From: Ostreococcus lucimarinus
Taxonomy: Eukaryota
Direction: 5' to 3' (one strand)
Assembly: GCA_000092065.1 (NCBI GenBank)
Contig: CP000591.1
Length of the DNA stretch: 64,000 nt
The stretch's first letter is position 1. Every line of letters begins with the position of its first letter. The notes beneath the pieces were generated by a model. It had not been told where the DNA came from, did no database searches, and saw only the letters and a program-made list of their open reading frames with translations. Positions 20,208 to 29,635 of the stretch are shown one piece after another. A program made the translations under genes and the position numbers.

Positions 20208-22562
20208 TTACTCTTTTATAATGTGTTGCCCGATCGCGGCCCAAGACGTGGGGCCCGCGACGGGACGGCCGATGGTGACGCGAGTCGCTGCTCGCTTGCG
20301 TCGCCACGAAGGAATGGATCCAGGAGCCGACTGCGGTGCCGCTCGAAACTGTTGCGATTTCTTTGGCATCACCGCCGCACCAGCTTTGGCGACATTTGGC
20401 TGTTCGTACCATATTTCAGTGTCTTCAACCTTGACAGTCTGCTTGGCGCTCTTTTTGGGTGCCGCCGCGCTCGAGCTCGTCGGCGCTTTACGTTTACTGG
20501 CTGCGGACACTTTACCACCCTTGGACGCCGCAGCCTCGGCGGCGTCGTTTTCAGCCTCCGAACGATAGCGCCGAGCGTCGTATATACCGTATCTCCGGTC
20601 TTCAACGACTCGCCCACCCGCCGCGTCTGCGCCGTCGTTTTGAGAGGGCGCCGACTTTGCCTTTGGTTTTGCCTTCGACTTTGAAGTGGGTTGCGGCCTG
20701 ATCTCCTCTTCGATCTCCTCGTCGTCGACCAAATCTTCGTCGATTTCTTCGTCGTCTTCGTCATCGACTTCGTCGTCTTCGTCTTCGTCGTCTTCGTCTT
20801 CGTCGCCATCCATGGTGAAACTCTTCTCTAAATCGTCGTCGTGGTCAAAAGCTGCCGACGTCGTCGCTTTCGCGTTTGCCGCCGCATTGTTGTGTGCGCT
20901 GACGAGTGCTTCGGCAAACTCTGCGTCTACGGCCTCCAACGCCAGGCGCGCGTGCACGACTGCGGCGTTCGCGGCTTCAAGCTTTTTGAGCTCGGTGAGC
21001 AACACGTGTTCAATTTCGTGCATGGGAGGTAACCCAGCCTCGGCGAGCACCTCGTTTGCAATCCTCACCGCGCGTTCCTCCTCATCTAAATCGTCGTCGT
21101 CCTCGTCGCTATCTACGAGATCTTCGTCGATTTCCTCATCGCTGTCGTCGTCGTGATCCGTGGCGTCTTCGTCCACCGCCGCCTTTGGCCTCTTTTCGCT
21201 CGGCTTCTTTTCGCTCGGCTTCTTAATGCCCCGTTTCACCGCTTCGTGCGCTTCTGCCGCGGCTTCAGCGGCACGAGCCACCTCTTCGTCGTCGTCTTCG
21301 TCCTCGTGCTCGCCAAAGTGCAAGTACTTGTCCCAGTCGGCGGTGTCTTCGCCCTCGCCGTCCTCGTAGTACTCATCCTCCCCGTGCGCGCCCACGAGCG
21401 CCTCGTGCACGCGCGCGCGCGCGGACGAGTACACCGCTTCCGCTTCTTCTACGACCGTCTTCATCCTCGCGAGTTCGCTCTCGGCGTGTTCGACTTCGTT
21501 CACCATGCCCGCGCGTTTCGCCTTGAGCTGGGTCACCACGGCGTCCACGCCGGCGTCGAATTTTGCCTTGGCCCCTGTCGATGGTCGACCGACGCCTGCG
21601 ATTTCTTCGTACTCATCGTCCTCGTCTTGATCATCATCGTCGTGCCTGTGCCCGAACCTGGCTTTGAGCTTCTCCTTGGCGCTCATCGTCGGCGCGCCCG
21701 CGACGTTTGTCGTTCCGCCGCCGCCCTTCTTCGGCAACGCGTCTCGACTCACCGCCATCGTTTTCTTCCCCCCCGCGCCCTTCTTCGCGCTCGACGCACT
21801 CGCGCCTTTACCCTTCTTCGCATTCACCGCCGCATTCGTCTTCCTCGCGCTCGCCGCGCTCGCAGCTTTTCCTCCCTTCGCGTTCGCCGCGCTCGCCCCC
21901 CTCGCGCCGCCCTTGTCCGCGCCGCGTCCCGCTTTCCCTCCCGTCGCGTTCGCCGCGTTCGCCGCCTTCACCGCGGCTTTATAAGGCACCTTCGCCGCCT
22001 CATCCACGCGCAAGTGTTGAAACTTGATCAAATTTCGCCACTTATCCTTCAATTGCACCCCCGTGCGCGACCTGCGTTCGCGCCGTTCGTCGTTCGCCCC
22101 TCGTCAGTCCCCGCGTCTCCCTCTCGCCTCGTCCGCGTCGTTCCCTCGCCCGCTCGACGCGCCTCGCGCGCGCTCGCGTCCCATCCCATCGCTCGTCCCG
22201 CGCCGTTCGTTCGCGCGTTCGTTCGCGCGCGTCGTTCGTTCGTTCGTTCGCTCGCTCGCGTCGCGCGCGCACCGCAACGCCGCGAATTCCGGATCATTTC
22301 GCATCTTCTCCCACGCCCCGATCCCGTGTTTCCGCACCGCGCGCTTCAGCGCCTGTTCCTCCGGTGCCTGCCAGTACCCTCGCACGCCGCTCGCCTCGCG
22401 CGCCGTCGTCGCGCCGTCGTCGCGCGCCGTCGCCGCCGCCCCTCGCTTCCCCGCGCGCTTCCTCGCGTCCTCCTTCGCGCGCTTCGCGCTCGCGCTCGCG
22501 CCGCGCGCCTTGCCGCTCGGCACGGGCGCGGCGTCGCGCGCGCCCTGGGCCTTGGCCGCCAT
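20208..22562 (-). CDS. telobox single-Myb protein with H1-like AK-rich tail and acidic coiled-coil region (TRB/SMH-like), exons 22562..22273 and 22071..20208
   Basis: Exon 1 YWQAPEEQALKRAVRKHGIGAWEKMRNDPEFAAL gives the first two helices of a telobox Myb domain. Exon 2 starts (R)SRTGVQLKDKWRNL, the telobox signature LKDKWRN. Downstream come a K/A-rich stretch (KAAVKAANAANATGGKAGRGADKGG...) and long D/E-rich segments. The 201-nt in-frame intron contains a TGA, which is why the track shows two abutting ORFs in one frame. Confidence 0.7.
22072..22272 (-). other. spliceosomal intron (predicted, 201 nt, phase 2)
   Basis: Minus-strand donor CG|GTGCGCGCGCGACGCGAGCGAGCGAACG, branch-like GGACTGACGAGG, acceptor GAACGCAG|G. 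Splicing joins DPEFAAL-R to SRTGVQLKDKWRNL and restores the telobox Myb domain. The intron carries (CGAA/CGTT)n microsatellite-like runs. Confidence 0.7.
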
Positions 22563-22831
22563 CCCGGCGTCGACCGCGCGCGATCGGCGACGCGTCGACC
22601 GCGCGCGAGGCGTCGGCGTCTCGCGCATTCGCCGGCGGCGGGCGCGCGATGGACGCCGTGACGTCCTTTTTTCATCCCGTTCGCGTAGTCTACAATATAT
22701 GAACGACGCGCGCGCGCGTCGAAATCCGCGCGCGCGCGGCGCGCGGCGAATGCGCGACCGGGCTGAGTCACGACCGGTCGCGAGTCGCGCGGGCGTGGAT
22801 ATTCGGACACTCGGCGTGTGCGTCGAACTGT

Positions 22832-23923
22832 ATGCGCACACGAATGCGTCGGTCGGTCGGTCGGTCGGTCGGTCGGTCGGTCGCCGCGTCCGTCAGTCAT
22901 CCGCGCGCGGCGTCGCGTCCGCGCGTCGCCGCGCGTCGGCGCATGCGCGCGTGCGCGCGCGCGGTCGCCGCGACGACGGTCGCGGTGACGGCGGTGACCG
23001 CGCTCGAGGCCGCGGCGCTGACGGCGACGTACGTGACCGCGCCCGAGGCGCGCGGACCGCGCGAGGGACTCGCGCGGTACGACGCGGCGACGACGACGAC
23101 GACGACGACGACGCGGGGGGGCGCGATGCGCGCGACGCGACGACGGCGACTCGTCGCGGTCGTCGCGGGCGATAGCACGGCGTGCGGCGTGGGATGCGGG
23201 GACGACGGACGAGGACGGACGAGGGGCGAGACGGCGGCGGGGGAGGCGGGACCGACGCTCGCGCGCGCGTTCGCGCGAGGACTCGGCGAACGCATGACGG
23301 CGGACGTCGAGTGGCGCGCGCTCGGGTTTAAGGGCGCGGACGTGCGAGGACTGAGGGATAAGCTGATACCGGCGCTGCGGGAGGCGACGGAGGGAGCGGG
23401 GGGACGCGGAGACGACGACGACGACGCGAGCGAGAGGGACGGGCGCGGGCGACGCGCGAGCGTGGACGCGGTGGTGATCATGTGCGGGCTGAATGATCTG
23501 AAACACTCCATCGTGGGGCGACGGAGCGAGACGTTTCGAACCGAGCTGAGAGAGCTGGTGAGGGAGGTGCGCGACGTCGTCGGCGACGAGTGCGTGGTGG
23601 TGCTGCCGGCGACGCCGCTCGAGGCGGCGACGCTGTTTCCGCCGCCGTTGGCGTGGGTGGCGACGCGCATGAACGATTTGTGGGACGAACAAAAGGCGCA
23701 CGTCAGTCGACTGTTCGCCCACAACGTCTTGTTCGTTTCAAAGCCGAGTTTAGACGCCATGCGGGAACGCGCGGCGAAACACACCGGGCGCGTCGCGGAG
23801 AGCATCTCGCTGATTTGCGGGGATGGTATTCACCCCAACGACGACGGTTACGACGCCTGGGCGCGACACATCGCGGATGAGTGCGTGCCGAGTCTCGAAC
23901 GCGCGTTGGCGGCGCAAAAATAG
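22832..23923 (+). CDS. SGNH/GDSL-family hydrolase (esterase/lipase)
   Basis: Block I VAVVAGDSTACG, block III VVIMCGLNDL, block V GDGIHPNDDGYDAW. The N-terminus is uncertain: 22832, MRACARA at 22943 (followed by a hydrophobic signal-like AVAATTVAVTAVTALEAAAL), or 23126. Confidence 0.65.
   Translation: MRTRMRRSVGRSVGRSVAASVSHPRAASRPRVAARRRMRACARAVAATTVAVTAVTALEAAALTATYVTAPEARGPREGLARYDAATTTTTTTTRGGAMRATRRRRLVAVVAGDSTACGVGCGDDGRGRTRGETAAGEAGPTLARAFARGLGERMTADVEWRALGFKGADVRGLRDKLIPALREATEGAGGRGDDDDDASERDGRGRRASVDAVVIMCGLNDLKHSIVGRRSETFRTELRELVREVRDVVGDECVVVLPATPLEAATLFPPPLAWVATRMNDLWDEQKAHVSRLFAHNVLFVSKPSLDAMRERAAKHTGRVAESISLICGDGIHPNDDGYDAWARHIADECVPSLERALAAQK
22848..22886. repeat. (TCGG)9 microsatellite
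   Basis: tcggtcggtcggtcggtcggtcggtcggtcggtcg lies at the 5' end of the SGNH hydrolase ORF and promoter region, divergent from the TRB-like gene. Confidence 0.7.
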
Positions 23924-24023
23924 AGGACGAGCGCGAAACAGTAGCGACGGCGGCGAGGCGGCGCGCGTATTAATTGATTATAGCCCTATGAAATCTACCG
24001 GTAGTGAAAACGCAGCGCAAAGA

Positions 24024-24923
24024 TCACGCCAAAGCCTTGGCCGCGGCGCGCGCGTTGCCGATGAAGGCGGCGATCTTCGCCGCGTCCTTGACGACGCCGC
24101 CTTCGTCGGCGACGCCGCTCGCGACGTCCACGCCGGTGGGATTCGCCGTCTCGATCGCTTGCGCCACGTTTTCGGGGTTCAGCCCGCCCGCGAGTAACCA
24201 ACCCTTGCGCGACGCCCCGCGCGGGGCTTTGAGCTTGGACCAATCGAACGCCGTCCCGCTTCCGGCGTTGACGCCGTCGATCAACAACCAGTCCACCACG
24301 CGTCGCGGCCCGCTCACGAAATCAATCGCCGCTTTCCATCCTTGCTCCCCGCTCATGCGCTTCTGTCTTTCGGCGATCAACTTTTCTTCGTCTCCTGGGA
24401 ATTTGGAGACGATTTGCCCGTTCGCGTCGGCGTTGAGCACCCAAATCGCCTTCAAGCGCATCGGCAGCGTCTCCAACGCGTCCCGCGCGCCGTCGCCGTG
24501 CAATTGCGCGTGATCGCACCCGATCGCGTCGCACACGCGCGTGATTTCGCTCGCATCTTCGTCCACGAACACCGCCACCGGAACGGCGCCCTTCGCTTTC
24601 GCGCACGCCACGATCTCTTTCGCCGTCGCCTCGTCCACCGACCGCTTCGACTTTGGCCAGAGAATCATCCCAACGAAATTCGCCCCGTGCTCGCACGCGC
24701 TCTCGCAATCGCGCACCGTGGTGATCCCGCACACCTTGACGATCGGTTTCATCGACGCTTCGTCGCTCCCAGCGCGCGCGTTCGCCGTCGCGGCGCCGCG
24801 TCGCGACGCATCTTTCGTCACCGTCACCGCTCGGGACGTTCGCCGTTGCGTCGTCGATCGCGTCCTGGGCATCGCACCGCGAGCGCGCGCGGCGCGCGAC
24901 GGCGCGCACATCATCGAAGACAT
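24024..24923 (-). CDS. phosphoribosylanthranilate isomerase (TrpF/PAI) with organellar presequence
   Basis: KPIVKVCGITT...FVGMILWPKSKR...AVFVDE...WLLAGGLNPENV are PRAI family motifs. The Ser/Arg-rich N-terminus MSSMMCAPSRAARARG is a plausible plastid transit peptide. An alternative upstream ATG lies at 25007. Confidence 0.75.
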   Translation of the reverse strand: MSSMMCAPSRAARARGAMPRTRSTTQRRTSRAVTVTKDASRRGAATANARAGSDEASMKPIVKVCGITTVRDCESACEHGANFVGMILWPKSKRSVDEATAKEIVACAKAKGAVPVAVFVDEDASEITRVCDAIGCDHAQLHGDGARDALETLPMRLKAIWVLNADANGQIVSKFPGDEEKLIAERQKRMSGEQGWKAAIDFVSGPRRVVDWLLIDGVNAGSGTAFDWSKLKAPRGASRKGWLLAGGLNPENVAQAIETANPTGVDVASGVADEGGVVKDAAKIAAFIGNARAAAKALA

Positions 24924-25111
24924 CGCGCGCGACGTTTTCGTCGAACGTTCGCGCGATTCGCGCGCGGGTCGGCGTCGTGGAGTGGCGACGTCGCGCTCGT
25001 TATCCACGTCGACGTCAGCGCGTCATCGACGGCACTCTCAGCCTCGTCGCGCGCTCGCTCGCGTCGAAAACTCGCGCGAAACTCGCGCACGTTCGTCTAC
25101 GCGCGCACACG

Positions 25112-25870
25112 ATGTCTCAGTCCGTTTCCATGACGCAGCGCGCCGCCGCGGCGCCGCGACGGGTCGCGATGCGAACGCAGCGCGGCGGCGCGGTCGCGAG
25201 AAGTTCTCGCGCCGTCGTTCGCGCGGGGCGCTTCGAAACCGAGCGCACGTACATCATGATCAAGTGCGTGCGCGACGCGCGACGCGATGCGACGCGAAGG
25301 CGACGGTGAGGCGCGCGGGAGGGGCGCGGGAGCGGCTTCAGGGTTCCAGGGTTACGCGCCGCCGCGAGGCGCGCCGCGACGGCGAAGGACGGAACGCGAG
25401 ACTGACGACGCGCGACGTTGATTCATTTAACGCGAAACGATAGGCCCGATGGCGTGCAACGCGGTCACGTCGGTGAGATCATCTCGCGATTCGAAAAGAA
25501 AGGGATGGTGATGAAGGCGCTGAAGACGTACCAGTGCCCGAAAGCCGTCGCGGAGGAACACTACCAAGACTTGTCGAGCAAGCCGTTCTTTGGCGATTTG
25601 GTCAACTACATTTGCTCCGGACCGGTGGTCGCGATGATTTGGGAAGGCCCGGGCGTGGTCAAGAGCGCGCGATTGTTGATTGGCGCGACGAACCCGCTCG
25701 AGTCGGCGCCGGGGACGATTCGCGGCGACTTGGCCGTCGAGGTCGGACGCAACGTCATTCACGGTTCCGATTCTGTGGAATCCGCCGAGCGCGAAATCGA
25801 GCTTTGGTTCGGCGATAAGGCTGGATGCGTGGACTGGCAACCGACCATCACGCCGTGGGTGCGCGAGTAA
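25112..25870 (+). CDS. NDK: nucleoside diphosphate kinase with N-terminal presequence, exons 25112..25263 and 25444..25870
   Basis: Exon 1 ends ERTYIMIK. Exon 2 continues [20 protein letters not shown]...[15 protein letters not shown]...GATNP...PGTIRGD...[22 protein letters not shown], which is the NDK active-site region including the catalytic His (NVIHGSDS). The presequence [26 protein letters not shown] suggests an organellar isoform. Confidence 0.85.
25264..25443 (+). other. spliceosomal intron (predicted, 180 nt, phase 2)
   Basis: Donor AA|GTGCGTGCGCGACGCG, branch-like GAGACTGACGACG 36 nt before the acceptor ACGATAG|G. Splicing joins IMIK to PDGVQRG as in all NDKs. Confidence 0.75.
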
Positions 25871-26008
25871 GCGGCGCGCTAGCCTCGTCTCGGGCAAAGC
25901 GATTTTTATTGTTAATACAGTGCAGTCATTCATTTCTTTGACCGAGTCAACGCGCGCGCGCGCGCGACGGCAGTGCGCCACGCGCGTGCGCGCGATATCG
26001 CCGATATC

Positions 26009-27028
26009 ATGCGTGCGATGGCTGACGTCGACGGCGCGTGCGCGCGCCTCAAACGCGCCCTTCGACGCGCAAAGTTTCCGCGAAGCAGAGCGGGAACACG
26101 AATCGACACCGAGCTGAAGAGAGGGGATGGTAAAACTTTCGTCGCCATCCTTCGCCATGCGCTGTGCGCGCGCTCAAAGCCGGTGTCCAGGCGCGTTTAC
26201 GATCGTGGGCACGATCTCGTGGGCGTCGAGTCGCCTTTACGATTCACCGAACGCGCGTTCAGGGCGACGATCGATGTGTTCGGGTACAAGCCAAAGTTGA
26301 GCGCGTCGCAATTCGCGTCCACGAACGGGTTCGCCGTGGTGAAGATGATGACGGTCATCGACGTTCTCGCGCACGTGGAGGCGATGGAAGTTAATATCGA
26401 ACGGGAAGTCGCGCGCGAAGCGTCTCGACGACGCACGAGCGGAGGTCTCACCGGGTCGTTGCTCGACGCGGGGCCGCGCCGTCGCTCGGCGCTGGAGCCT
26501 CGCTTCGCGCGGGGCCGAGTCGAGGACGAGCGTGGTGTGGACGAGTCGAACGATGCGCACGCACACACGTTCTGCGACACCGACAACTGGGTGACACGCT
26601 TGGGCGATGAGTACGACGATGTCGTATACGAAGCGCCTATTCGCGGCGTCGTGTACACCAATCCCGGATACGTCGTTCATCGCCGCGCGCGATCGCCGCG
26701 CGAACCGGTATTCGATGCGTCCGTATCGATTGATTCCTTACGCGTTGAATTCGCTGAAGTTCTTGGTAGGCTGACACGCGTAGAAAACGAACTCACCGAG
26801 GTCGCCGCGAGGTGTTTGAAGTTGGAACGCCGCGAGGCGCAAACTCTGAAGAAGGTTGACCGCGCGCCGGCCGCTTCGCGAGACGCATCGCCTTCGATTC
26901 TATCGGACTCGGTTGAAATTCGCCAAGCCGACTCACCGTCGAAGGAATCTACCGAAGAGTTCATCGCGCGGTATCTTAGAAAGTTGCGCGACGTCGTGCG
27001 AGAAGAAGAGACTCGCTTTGATTGCTGA
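26009..27028 (+). CDS. CEP44-like centrosomal/basal-body protein
   Basis: The N-terminal ~120 aa (LKRALRRAKFP...ELKRGDGKTFVAILRHAL...DLVGVESPLRFTERAFRATIDVFGYKPKLSASQFASTNGFAVVKMMTVIDVLAHV) are collinear with the conserved human CEP44 N-terminal domain (LKRSLRNL..NYP...LIKGDP...DLRF...YKP.L...QF...FAE.KI..V.D.L). A C-terminal coiled coil follows. The first ATG is 26009; the track start at 25973 is GTG. Confidence 0.5.
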   Translation: MRAMADVDGACARLKRALRRAKFPRSRAGTRIDTELKRGDGKTFVAILRHALCARSKPVSRRVYDRGHDLVGVESPLRFTERAFRATIDVFGYKPKLSASQFASTNGFAVVKMMTVIDVLAHVEAMEVNIEREVAREASRRRTSGGLTGSLLDAGPRRRSALEPRFARGRVEDERGVDESNDAHAHTFCDTDNWVTRLGDEYDDVVYEAPIRGVVYTNPGYVVHRRARSPREPVFDASVSIDSLRVEFAEVLGRLTRVENELTEVAARCLKLERREAQTLKKVDRAPAASRDASPSILSDSVEIRQADSPSKESTEEFIARYLRKLRDVVREEETRFDC

Positions 27029-27073
27029 ATTGCTAAAACAAATTGTTTGAATGTCGTCGCTGCCGCTAATGCG

Positions 27074-28243
27074 CTAATCAGATGTCGCCGTCGTCGTCGA
27101 CGCAGATTTCTCGCTGCGTCTAAAGTACATCACCATTGCCGCGAACGCGGCCACCGTGATCGCGCCCGCGAGCGCCGGTCGCTTGCGATAAAGTTGCGCC
27201 GCGCGCTCGCCGAATCCTCTCGTCGTCGGCTCCGTCGTTGGATCCGTCTGCACCATGCGCGCGCACACCTCACGCTCGCCCTCGTGCACCGCATTCATGC
27301 GTCGACGCACGCGCACGAACGCCTCGCGAATCGCTCGATCTTTGCTCAACTCCAGGGCGTCGCGAAGCGAAGTCAACGCCTCCTCGTCCCGCCCTTGCTG
27401 CTCGAGCGCCATCGCCTTGCGGTACATGGCTTTCACCGCCGTCGCGTCGAGATCCAAAGCCGCCTCTGCGTGTAGGATCGCTTCGGAGTGTCGTTGTAAC
27501 TTCGACAAGCACGTCGCCGAGTTCACGTGACACTTCACCGCCAGCGCCAAGGCGTCCTTCGCGCCGGCTCGCGCCGTCGACATGATGGTTCGCCTCAACG
27601 CCGTCGCCGCGTCCTCGTACCTCCGCAACGCCCTGGCGTAGCCATTTTCTTCTTCACCTCGAGCGAACAACGCGTTCGCTTCCTCCTTCTTCCGTTCACA
27701 ATACCTCAAAACCTCCTCGACGCTCGCATCAACGCTCGGTTTTTCCTCTCGCGTCACCGAAAGCAGCTCGACTTCCCACTCGACGTACACGTTTCGCGGC
27801 GCCGGCGAAAACGGTTCGCTCGCGAACGGCGCCCCTCCGCTCGGCACGACGATTCCCACGCGTTCGCCCACGCGCATCGTCGTCACCGCCGCCTCCACGC
27901 CCGCGCACGGCACGAAATTCACCGGCGCCGCGTCGTCCACTCTGAAAGTCAGAACCTCTCGCGGTCTCGCCGCGTCTCGAGACGTCTCGTCCCGCACGAT
28001 CGCGTCGTCCTCCACCCTTCGCGCGCGCCAGCCGTAGTGCGCGATCGTGACGACGTCGTCCGCGCGCGGCGCGCTCGCGTCGTCGCGCGTCGCGTCGTCG
28101 TCGTCGTCGTCGTCGCGCGTCGCGAGCGAGATTTTCGAGGCGTCGTCGTCGCGCATCGAGCGCACGCGCACGCGCGCGCCCGGAGGTAGGCGCGGACCGA
28201 CGCGCACGACGCGCGCGTCGACGCGATCGTCGCGAGCGGTCAT
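27074..28243 (-). CDS. FKBP-type peptidyl-prolyl isomerase with TPR repeats and C-terminal membrane anchor (FKBP38/TWD1-like)
   Basis: FKBP fold VTIAHYGW...LTFRVD...FVPCAGVEAAVTTMRVGERVGIVVPSGGAPF...VYVEWEVELLSV, then three TPR-like helical pairs. The C-terminal hydrophobic segment ALAGAITVAAFAAMVMYF is a tail anchor. Confidence 0.65.
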   Translation of the reverse strand: MTARDDRVDARVVRVGPRLPPGARVRVRSMRDDDASKISLATRDDDDDDDATRDDASAPRADDVVTIAHYGWRARRVEDDAIVRDETSRDAARPREVLTFRVDDAAPVNFVPCAGVEAAVTTMRVGERVGIVVPSGGAPFASEPFSPAPRNVYVEWEVELLSVTREEKPSVDASVEEVLRYCERKKEEANALFARGEEENGYARALRRYEDAATALRRTIMSTARAGAKDALALAVKCHVNSATCLSKLQRHSEAILHAEAALDLDATAVKAMYRKAMALEQQGRDEEALTSLRDALELSKDRAIREAFVRVRRRMNAVHEGEREVCARMVQTDPTTEPTTRGFGERAAQLYRKRPALAGAITVAAFAAMVMYFRRSEKSASTTTATSD

Positions 28244-28499
28244 CGCGTCGCGATTCGACGCGCGTTCGCGTGTGACCGCCGCGCGCGAACCGTCTCGTCG
28301 TCTCGTCCCTCGGACTCGCGTTCGCGGGCTTCTACGTTACAACGCTGAAACGAACGCGAACGACGAGCATCGCGCGCATCATCGGAAACGACGTCGCGTG
28401 TTTCCACGCTTGCGTCGTCGCTTCGTCACGGTCGCGGATCCCGTCGTTCGACGTCGCCGCCGCCGCGACTACTTCCTTCGCTACTTCACCGCTTCGCGT

Positions 28500-28868
28500 C
28501 TACTTCATGTACTTTCGCACCCCCGGGGTTTGTTTCGATTTCTCCCACCCGTATTTCATCGCGTTCGCCGCGGCTTGCTTCAGATACGCCGTGTTCGCGA
28601 TCGCCTCGTACGCGTCGGCGCCGTCGCGGCCGCGCGTCAGCGCCACCGTCTCGTGTTCTTTCCCAACCTTGAACCCGAGCTGTCGCGACGCCGCGCGCGC
28701 GGGCGCGTCGTACTGCGGGAATCCGTACTGCGTCGCGGCGCCGTCAGTCATCGCTCGCGTCGATCGTTTCGCGTCGTCGCCGTTACCTTGTAAATCACCC
28801 TCGACAGCTTCCCCGCTCTGAACAGCGCGAGGTCCTCGCGCGCGGCGATCGGACTCTTCACGCGTCAC
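28500..28868 (-). CDS. hypothetical small protein (unassigned)
   Basis: Only ORF with non-Arg-biased composition in this gap (…YEAIANTAYLKQAAANAMKYGWEKSKQTPG…). Same orientation as the flanking minus-strand genes. No family was recognised. Confidence 0.25.
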   Translation of the reverse strand: MTREESDRRARGPRAVQSGEAVEGDLQGNGDDAKRSTRAMTDGAATQYGFPQYDAPARAASRQLGFKVGKEHETVALTRGRDGADAYEAIANTAYLKQAAANAMKYGWEKSKQTPGVRKYMK

Positions 28869-29114
28869 GCGATCTGATCGTTCGTCTTGCGACCGGAACC
28901 GAACGCGCGCGGGACGACGGCGCGACGACGCGCGGTCGGGGCGGCGAATCCGAGGGCGAGCGGACGCGCGGCCATCGCGCGAGGCGACGAGTGCGGGCGG
29001 CCGGCGACGAACGCGCGGCGGACGCGCGGCGGACGCGCGACGCGACGCGACGCGACGCGAATCGCACGACGATCGCTAAAATTACTCGAATCGCACTACA
29101 CACCGCCGCACCGC

Positions 29115-29429
29115 CTACATCATGTTTTGACGTCTAAAATCGAGCGCGCGCAACTGGTAGGCGTTGCCGGTTTTGTCGCCGAATCCCTTTTGCAAGTGCG
29201 ACCGACGCCGCTTGCCCGCCTTCTCCCTCCGGCGGTTCGCCGCTTCTTCGGATAACGCCAACGCGGTGTCACCGCTCAAGCCGGGAGCGATGCGGCTGAA
29301 GCGCGCGCCGCCGAGGGCGCAGAAGGCGAGACCGAATTGCAAGCCCCAAAAACCCAACTTGAAGTATTCCTCGCTGCAACGCGCGAGGTTGGGGTCACCG
29401 GTGTAGCTGGGAGGGGCGAATTCACTCAT
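29115..29429 (-). CDS. hypothetical small membrane protein (unassigned)
   Basis: MSEFAPPSYTGDPNLARCSEEYFKLGFWGLQFGLAFCALGGARF... has one predicted TM helix plus a basic C-tail. The start is taken at 29429 because the upstream ORF part overlaps the PGAM5-like gene. Confidence 0.3.
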   Translation of the reverse strand: MSEFAPPSYTGDPNLARCSEEYFKLGFWGLQFGLAFCALGGARFSRIAPGLSGDTALALSEEAANRRREKAGKRRRSHLQKGFGDKTGNAYQLRALDFRRQNMM

Positions 29430-29635
29430 GTCGTTCGCGCGTTCGTGCGCGTTCGAGCGTTCGAGCGCGCGCGTCGACGTGTGCGGTCGAACTTCTAACG
29501 AAGTCGAGGGTTTGAGCGCGCGCACGACGCGACGCGCGCTAGAATGTCGCGCTCGATGCGCGCTGCCTACTGGTTTTACTGGAGCTAATGATGCTAAGAA
29601 TAAGAAGTCGACGCGCGCGCTCGTCGCGCTCGACG

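Noticed and set aside
22892-23063. Possible intron in the SGNH hydrolase N-terminus (GTGCGCGCGCGCGG at 22952, GCGCTGACGG, CCCGAG) and an ACTGAC on the minus strand at 22892..22897.
   Set aside because: The unspliced reading gives a very plausible hydrophobic signal peptide (AVAATTVAVTAVTALEAAAL). The branch box is GCTGAC, not ACTGACG. No homology constraint requires splicing.
28744-28790. GTAACG donor-like and ACTGAC branch-like motifs inside the small ORF 28500..28868(-).
   Set aside because: ACTGAC arises from the codons ATG-ACT-GAC (Met-Thr-Asp). Removing the putative 59- or 74-nt intron shifts the frame into an Arg-rich non-coding translation.
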